Shown: piece by piece, positions 56,993 to 64,000 of the stretch
Numbering within the stretch: the stretch's first letter is position 1
Layout: each line of letters starts with the position of its first letter
Assembly (NCBI RefSeq): GCF_009914755.1
Contig: NC_060926.1
From: the human T2T-CHM13v2.0 reference genome, Homo sapiens
Direction: 5' to 3' (one strand)
Length of the DNA: 64,000 nucleotides
Translations under genes and position numbers: made by a program
Notes under the pieces: model-generated
Seen by the model: only the letters and a program-made list of their open reading frames with translations
The model's database searches: none
What the model was told of the DNA's origin: nothing

Positions 56993-57371
56993 GAACCAGA
57001 AAAGAATATCACACTGCTTACTGGCTCCTCCTCCATGTAGTAAGGGGCACTGTCATTCTTTCCACTTTCACCATTGATTGTGATGCCTCTGTGATGTCAT
57101 GTAGAGTGGAGTTGATTTGTAACAACACCAGAAAAGATGTCCATAAATTACACTTCTATTCTTGGTACTAAGGGCATTTCTAAATCTAACATTTAAATTA
57201 TTCGATTCTGTGCCATTTTAAAAATTATCTCTCCAATGACATTTTTCATGGAAAGCACTTATCAAAATGTTTGTTCTGAGTACACATCAAGTGCTGGTTT
57301 GATTTATACAAAGGATGCAGACTTCTTCCTGGCTGGATGTTCAACAAGGGACTAATCGTCTCTTAGGTACT

Positions 57372-58338
57372 GAGTGAGTGGAAAAACACACTGTTCCCAC
57401 ACCACAACAATCAACACAGAAGACTTCTGTGGCCAAATGTGTGGGGGTTTTTCTGCACACACCAAGCAAGAAATCAGTTCCGCAGCAGACACCAGCTGGA
57501 AGTCCTCCGATTCAATTTGGCTACCATCTACCTGGAGATAGCGTCAGATCCCACAGGGCTCAGTTCCATAAAGCTGCCTTCTCTTCAGACACCAGCGGCA
57601 AGTCCGAGTCTCGGGAACTCCTGACCAATGTGCTTTAACTTGGGGCTCCAATGAGCCCCTCTTTGGGTTTGATTAATTTACTGGAGTGGCTTACAGAACT
57701 CAGGGAAACATCTCTATTTACCTTTTTATTATAAAGGTTATTACAAAGAATACAGAGGAAGAGATGCATAGTGCAAAGTATGAGGGAAAGAACGCGGAAC
57801 GTCCATGTTCTTCCTGGGTGCGCCACCCTTCAGAACCCTTCACATGTTTATCCGGAAGCTCGCTGAAACCCTATCCTCTTGGGCCTTTTATGGGGACTTG
57901 TTGGATAAGCATGAATGAAGCATGGACAACCATGTAGAAATGTGACTGGACAAACAGGGTGTGAACTAATACTAACAGACTAAACAGAAACCCAGCAAGT
58001 CCTAACTGTTCTGATTCTTCTTGGCCTCTCTGTGCAGCATTCCTTCCCCCAGGGTATGGGGCAAGACCTCCTCTGAAATGGAGGTCTTATGACCTCTTAT
58101 CAGTCAAAGTAGGCCAGAGCATTTCTTTATGACCAGCTTCAGGACAGAAAGGCAGGGTTTTTTTTTTTGTTTGTTTTTGAGATGGAGTCTTGCTCTGTGG
58201 CCCAGGCTAGAGTAAAGGCAGGGTTTTTATGAGCCACCTTCACCTTGGGGAGAAATAACAAGGGCTTTGGGGAGTTATAAGCTAGGAACAGTTGATGGAA
58301 GCATGTAATTTATAAAAATATAAATACAATAATATCAC
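57372..58338 (-). mobile_element. MER21-like LTR
   Basis: caacacagaagacttctgtggccaaatgtgtggggg...cagacaccagctgg...tacctggagatagcgtcagatcccacagg...cagaactcagggaaaca; ends aatatcaca. Confidence 0.8.
58163..58213 (-). mobile_element. Extremely 5'-truncated Alu nested in the LTR
   Basis: Poly-T plus gagatggagtcttgctctgtggcccaggctagagt; TSD aaaggcagggttttt at 58148-58162 and 58214-58228. Confidence 0.88.
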
Positions 58339-59379
58339 AGTTACCTTAAACTCTCCACTTAGAACAGTGCTTGGCTTGTTTCTTAGCGGAACACTGTGTT
58401 CTGCTATCAGATCCGCACCTCGTCTGACATTTGGGGTACTCGAATGAAGAAATCTTTGGATTTTCTTGTGCCTCTAGGTTTTCTGCTATGGCACAGTAGA
58501 AGGCAAGGAGAGAAGGGCATGGGCTGCTGCTACCCACAGCTGTCATCCTCTTGAACTTTACCTAGAGGTACAGGCATTGATGACCACCGGCCTTTTTCCA
58601 CTTAATCTTTGGTTAGAGGCACTGGCCCTACATAAAAATCCGCTTCCCCTACCTTTTCCCTTCCTTCTTCACACATCCTTCGGTGGTCATCCTGTGCTCA
58701 ACTGGCACCTTCATCCCCAGTACTTTGCATGTTCTGTTGAATTTGGGGTCAGTATCAACATTTCTGTTAATTCTTTTTTGGCTCTTCCATGTGTTTTTCA
58801 TGATTCCTATTTATTATATTTAATTCCTGCCTTGTGATGGTTCTATTCACAAGGAACATCTTTTCTACAAACTCTATGAAGGCATTTTGCTGTCCAGTAT
58901 TATTGCCAGGTGTTTGATAAGGTAGATGAGAAAGTGGTTTAGGTCTTTGATTCTCAGGCCCACCAGGAAGGTCAAGAAGAGAGCAATGAGGAAGTGGGTT
59001 GTCCTATTGCTTCCAGCCACCTCAACAGCCTCCACCTTTGCTGACACCTCCCAAGAGAAATCTGGGGCCATCTCCATCAGTCTTTGCAGAGTATGGCATC
59101 TTTTCCAGCAGGCTAGGTAGCTCTAGTTTTCATGCTGAGCGCCATAGAAACCCAAGATTCCACAGGGTCCTTTTGTTATTCTTCAAATATTTGACTCAGC
59201 TTTTAAGGTGGATGTGCAGTAGGCTTAAATGATGCACGTACAGATGTATTTTATAACAAAGGTTCACACCTCGAGGTGTGAATAAATTTATTCACAACCT
59301 AGATGTTGGCTATTTCTGTAGGCAGCCTCTATTCTCACTCCATGCTGTCCAGACATGGGCTCAGCTTTTCTTTCAGATC

Positions 59380-60023
59380 CAAGCCTCTCTCACCTCTCAG
59401 CTGGGTTATTGTAGCAGGCTCTCATTTACTTTTCTCACAGTTCATTCTCAACAGCAGCTAGAGTGATCATGTTCACAGGATCAGCATTAAAAACCCTCCC
59501 CTAGTACCCCATCTTATTTAGAGTAGAAGCCCATCATAGTGATGGCACACAAGGTCCTACACTACCCACCACCATTCCCTGCTTACTGTTTCTCTTCTTA
59601 TTATCCCATCTCTCTTTGGCCTCACTGGTGCACTGGCTATTCCTCAACATGCTGGGCATACTCCTGCTCAGAGCCCTTTCTCTTTATGGCCCTGCCTTGA
59701 AACTCTCTACTTGGTTTGACCCCCATCCCCAGATGTTTACTCAGATATACCTTGTCCCTAAATTGAGCACACTATCTTTAAAATATCTTCTCTTCCCCTG
59801 CATTTTCCCCTCCATTAAAACTGTCTAGCTTTTCTATTATCACCAACATTCAGTAGCAATGTTATCACCAACAAACACACTCTATATTTTACTTATTTAT
59901 TTAGTCTATTGCACCCCCTCCCCTAGTAGAAAGGAAAATCCGTGTTGCCAGAAATTTCTGAATGTTTTGTTCCCTGCTGTACTCCAAGTACCTGTAAGAT
60001 AGATTATCAATAAATATTTGAAT
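59380..60023 (+). mobile_element. L2a 3' portion
   Basis: ttcattctcaacagcagctagagtgatc...aaaaccctccc...tgttttgttccctgctgtactccaagtacctg...tcaataaatatttg. Confidence 0.75.
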
Positions 60024-60869
60024 TCTCTAGAAATAACCTATGAGCCTCTAAGTGTTACTATTAATATATAGGCTAGATTTTCCTGGGACTTTTGCAGAGA
60101 GTTGGAGGAGATGGTTTATGTCCAGGGGTAGATTCTCCTTTCAATTACTCTTTTCCGGAGAGTTGAGATCAATCTACTTTGGCTTAAGAAAGCTGCTCTT
60201 CCGTTGCCTTTGGATACCACTAAAAACATATTCTCTTTAGGTCAGCACAACATTTAATCAAGGAGACTAGATGGGAATGTTCATGAGAATCTGAGAGTAA
60301 GATGTGCAAAAGTTTCCCATCTGGAAAACAATGTAAAAAGATGAAATTAAGGTAGTCAATGTGATTACTTCTGCTAAAAAGTGTGGAGGGAAAAATTATT
60401 GGCTAAAAGGAAATTTGAAGAGTTCATATGCATTGTAGTCCCATGCATTTCATTGGCACCCATAATTGATAGCAATACTAATGCATTAAAAATCATTGCT
60501 CTTTACTGCCTATGTGCATTACAAGCACACATGTTTTTCATTAACACACATAAGCAAGGGCAATATACATGTGGTAAAAATGAGTTTTTTTACTAGCCAT
60601 TTTGCAAAGTTAGTAGGTATTTGTATGGCTGATCTATTTGTATATGTAAATGTAAACACCTCTGTATGCTATGGTGACATCTTAAAGTAATTGAAAGCTC
60701 AGTATGAAAGCTGTGTCCAGCCTTAAGACTACCTTCAGTTAAAAGGCTGTACCTTTTAATAGCTGAATAGGCTGCCCTTTCAGACATATCTCAGAAGAGA
60801 GAATTTATTATATAAAGTACTGTCTCATTGGGTATGCAAGGTAAATAATCCCATTAAGAATCGAGTGTG

Positions 60870-61324
<455 letters not shown>

Positions 61325-64000
61325 TTATAATCAAGAAGAGCCTAAGCAAGAGGCCTGGAAAAATGTATTCTTTGGTAGAAAAGCACAAGTAGAACATAGC
61401 CTGTTGGTCACGCATTAATTGAACGATCCCAAAAGGTGGAAAATGTTAACTACCACAAATGCATTTTCAAAGGTCTGTGAATGAAAAGATCCTTTGCTGG
61501 ATCTATAAGTCCCAATAGACCTTGTGCACAAGTTTTCCAAAGCACGAGTATTCTTGATGGGTGACTTGATTAATTGTCCTCCTGTTTGACTGAGCCCCTT
61601 CCTTGTGCTGGAATTTCAGAATCATGGCTATTCCTCTCTATGGAATATTCCTCTTCTACTTGAGATACTACACAATAGTTTCCTGCCAGTTAGTACCTAC
61701 ATTTGTTGTCATCCACATCTATAACATCTACACTTATTGCCATTTACCTATCATTAAAAAAATCAAATTGCTCTTGAGCCTTCAGAATTGAATATTCCTG
61801 AAATGGAAGGACTAGATGGGTCTTGGAGGCTTATTTGGTTCACACATCTGCCTTTAGGTTGTTAAAGAACTAATGAGACTATAGGACACTGAGACATCTT
61901 CTATTTTCCAAAAAATACCATATCTACATTTGGGCAACAACTTTCCCTGTAGAGTCTGTTCTGTCTTTCTGTAATATGAGTTAGCTCTTACATAACTGGC
62001 AAATAGGAAATGAGGCTAGTGTAATTCAGAAGTCATGTTGGTCATACATGATTTTTCTCAGATTATTAATGCTTTATATTCCAAAGCATTGTCAGCTGAA
62101 TACAGCCAGCTATGGAAGATCATGGAATATAGAATTCATAGCCTAACTAAGTTAGGGGAAACATCATGCCATAAACAGTTTCGCCATGTACCTTGTCTCG
62201 GAAGTCCTTATTGTGTGGCTTTCTCTGATTTAGGGGTGTTTTGCTTTTATCTCCTCAAGTCAGTAGCTTCAGTCCTTAATTTTATGCCCTCCATCAAGCT
62301 AGCCTCTCTCTTTCTGTTTCTTTTATTGTAGTAAAATATTCATTTTTCCCCTGTGTTCACAGTATCTTTTAAATCAGAAAATTAAATAGATTTTTTAAAC
62401 TGAGAATATTTTATTAGGTTTATTATTTTTGTTGGTGTTTTTGTTAGAAAGTTGCTTAAGTTCTGAATGGTCTTCTCCTAAGCCTGTTTTACCTAGAAGT
62501 CCTGTGATTTTGAACAGTACATGTATTTTCTGAAATACTGCTTACAGCAGAAGAGCCTGTATTTCATTTTCTTGATGAATGTTAATACAGCTGTTTATAA
62601 CTGGCCAATTCCAGGGCTTGTCCTAGCAAGTTAAACTAAGATTTGAGCAGAATCATTGGTAAAGTGCATAGTGGGTTACCAGAGCAGCCCTGAGACTTGC
62701 TGACATTTTTGTAGGTTTATTAGTGTGAAAGTTCAGAAGTCTCACAGCGTATCAGTTTTAGTGCAATGCTCTTATTCCTCAGTCCTCTCCCATTTCCAAC
62801 AAATGAGAAACCATAAAATGCTGCCTAAAGCATATAATGGTGAATTTTATGAATTTTCTTGAAATCATTAGAAATAATTTTTGATGTTAAGAATGTAGTT
62901 GCTGAAACACACTGAAGCCCCTTTCTAAACCTTGTTCAGCTACATAAGAATTTTGAGTTTTCAGATAGGATTTTATTTCCTGCTCTCTCCCCTACCCCCA
63001 ACCAGTGCTCAAGACTCTTGTTCTGTCCTCAGACACTTCTGCTTATGGCTAATTGGGCAAAGCAGTTACATGGATGTGATCTTATGGGTGCGATTTCAAC
63101 TCAATAAGCATATATCGAACACCTACTACATGTGGAGAACTCTGCTAATGAGATACGATGCTAACTCCCAAATCAGAAATTGGTGTATGACCAGAGATCT
63201 AGAGGCAATGCCTCAATGCAAGACAGCAACCAGAATGGAATAAGGATTCAAGTATTCTTTAAGTGTCCCTTAAATCCCTTAAGGGACCAACCCTGATATT
63301 TTGCTGGAATGCCTTTTTTTTTGCTGTGGTGTCTGCAGACAAGCTGGGAGCTGAGAGAAGGGTCAGAGAGTGATGGGCATCCATACCTCAGAAGCTACCT
63401 TATTTTGTAACTTGTCTTATCCATGACATTAGTTTAATGACATGTGTGTGTTATGTGTTCCATTACTTCACAAAAGACCACAAATCCTTAAGTGACCTCA
63501 ATAACTAAATTTCTGTATGTCACAAAGCCACAAAACCAGCTTGGAATAGTGAAATTCCCATGAAATTGAATTGATCCTCAAATTATTGCTTAAATGAAAG
63601 GACAGTAGAAACTTAAGAGCATATTAATGCCAATGGGAATTGCTCAGCTAATGCTGTGCAAGACCAGTTGAGAAGCACACTAGGCATGCTACAAAAAAGC
63701 CATTATGCTCATCTTTTCAGAGATGCATGGTTTGTTTTATTCTTAAAACATTTGAGGTTTAAAGTTTTTATACTGTGCTTTATAAATAGAACTGTAATGA
63801 GGCTGAAAACCAAAATAGTTCTCACCACTGGGCAGAGAAAGAGAAAGAGGAAGCGGTAGCTGAATGGTGCCCATTTGAATTCCTTTTTCTAAAAATCCAA
63901 TTTAATTTTTTTATCAGTTGTCTCATTAACCATAAGATTTAGAAAATCAAATGCTACTGGAGTAAAATAAGAGTGACAATGCAAAATAATTTTAAACAGC

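Noticed and set aside
58340-59280. Coding-looking unique stretch, possibly a decayed retrocopy or ancient element
   Set aside because: I could not match any translation to a known protein and saw no poly-A or TSD; BLASTX or Dfam would be needed.

Overview
Primate, almost certainly human, intergenic DNA: a consensus-like AluYa5 with intact TSDs sits at 60870. I find no intact protein-coding gene. The supplied ORFs are Alu, L1, LTR or low-complexity translations, apart from a 5'-truncated EXTL2 retrocopy at 2951-4947 that carries nonsense codons. The window is dense in interspersed repeats (Alu, L1, L2, MIR, THE1/MLT1/LTR12/MER21 LTRs, and MADE1, Kanga-like, MER5 and MER102 DNA transposons). 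Two islands of about 4 kb (~13.0-17.15 kb and ~48.2-52.7 kb) contain no repeat I can recognise and are rich in homeodomain, TALE, HMG and RFX motifs. From memory, the EXTL2 pseudogene EXTL2P1 lies at 2q31.1, centromeric of LNPK-EVX2-HOXD, so these islands (~36 kb apart) probably correspond to the conserved CsA and CsB blocks of the HOXD Global Control Region. That is an inference I cannot verify without alignment. I found no convincing undescribed gene system. The most interesting sequence-level observations are the Pbx-Hox/Meis motif grammar arranged as inverted repeats in the second island and a 110-bp locally templated insertion replacing the interior of an old L1. Repeat subfamily names are recognised by eye and boundaries are approximate.
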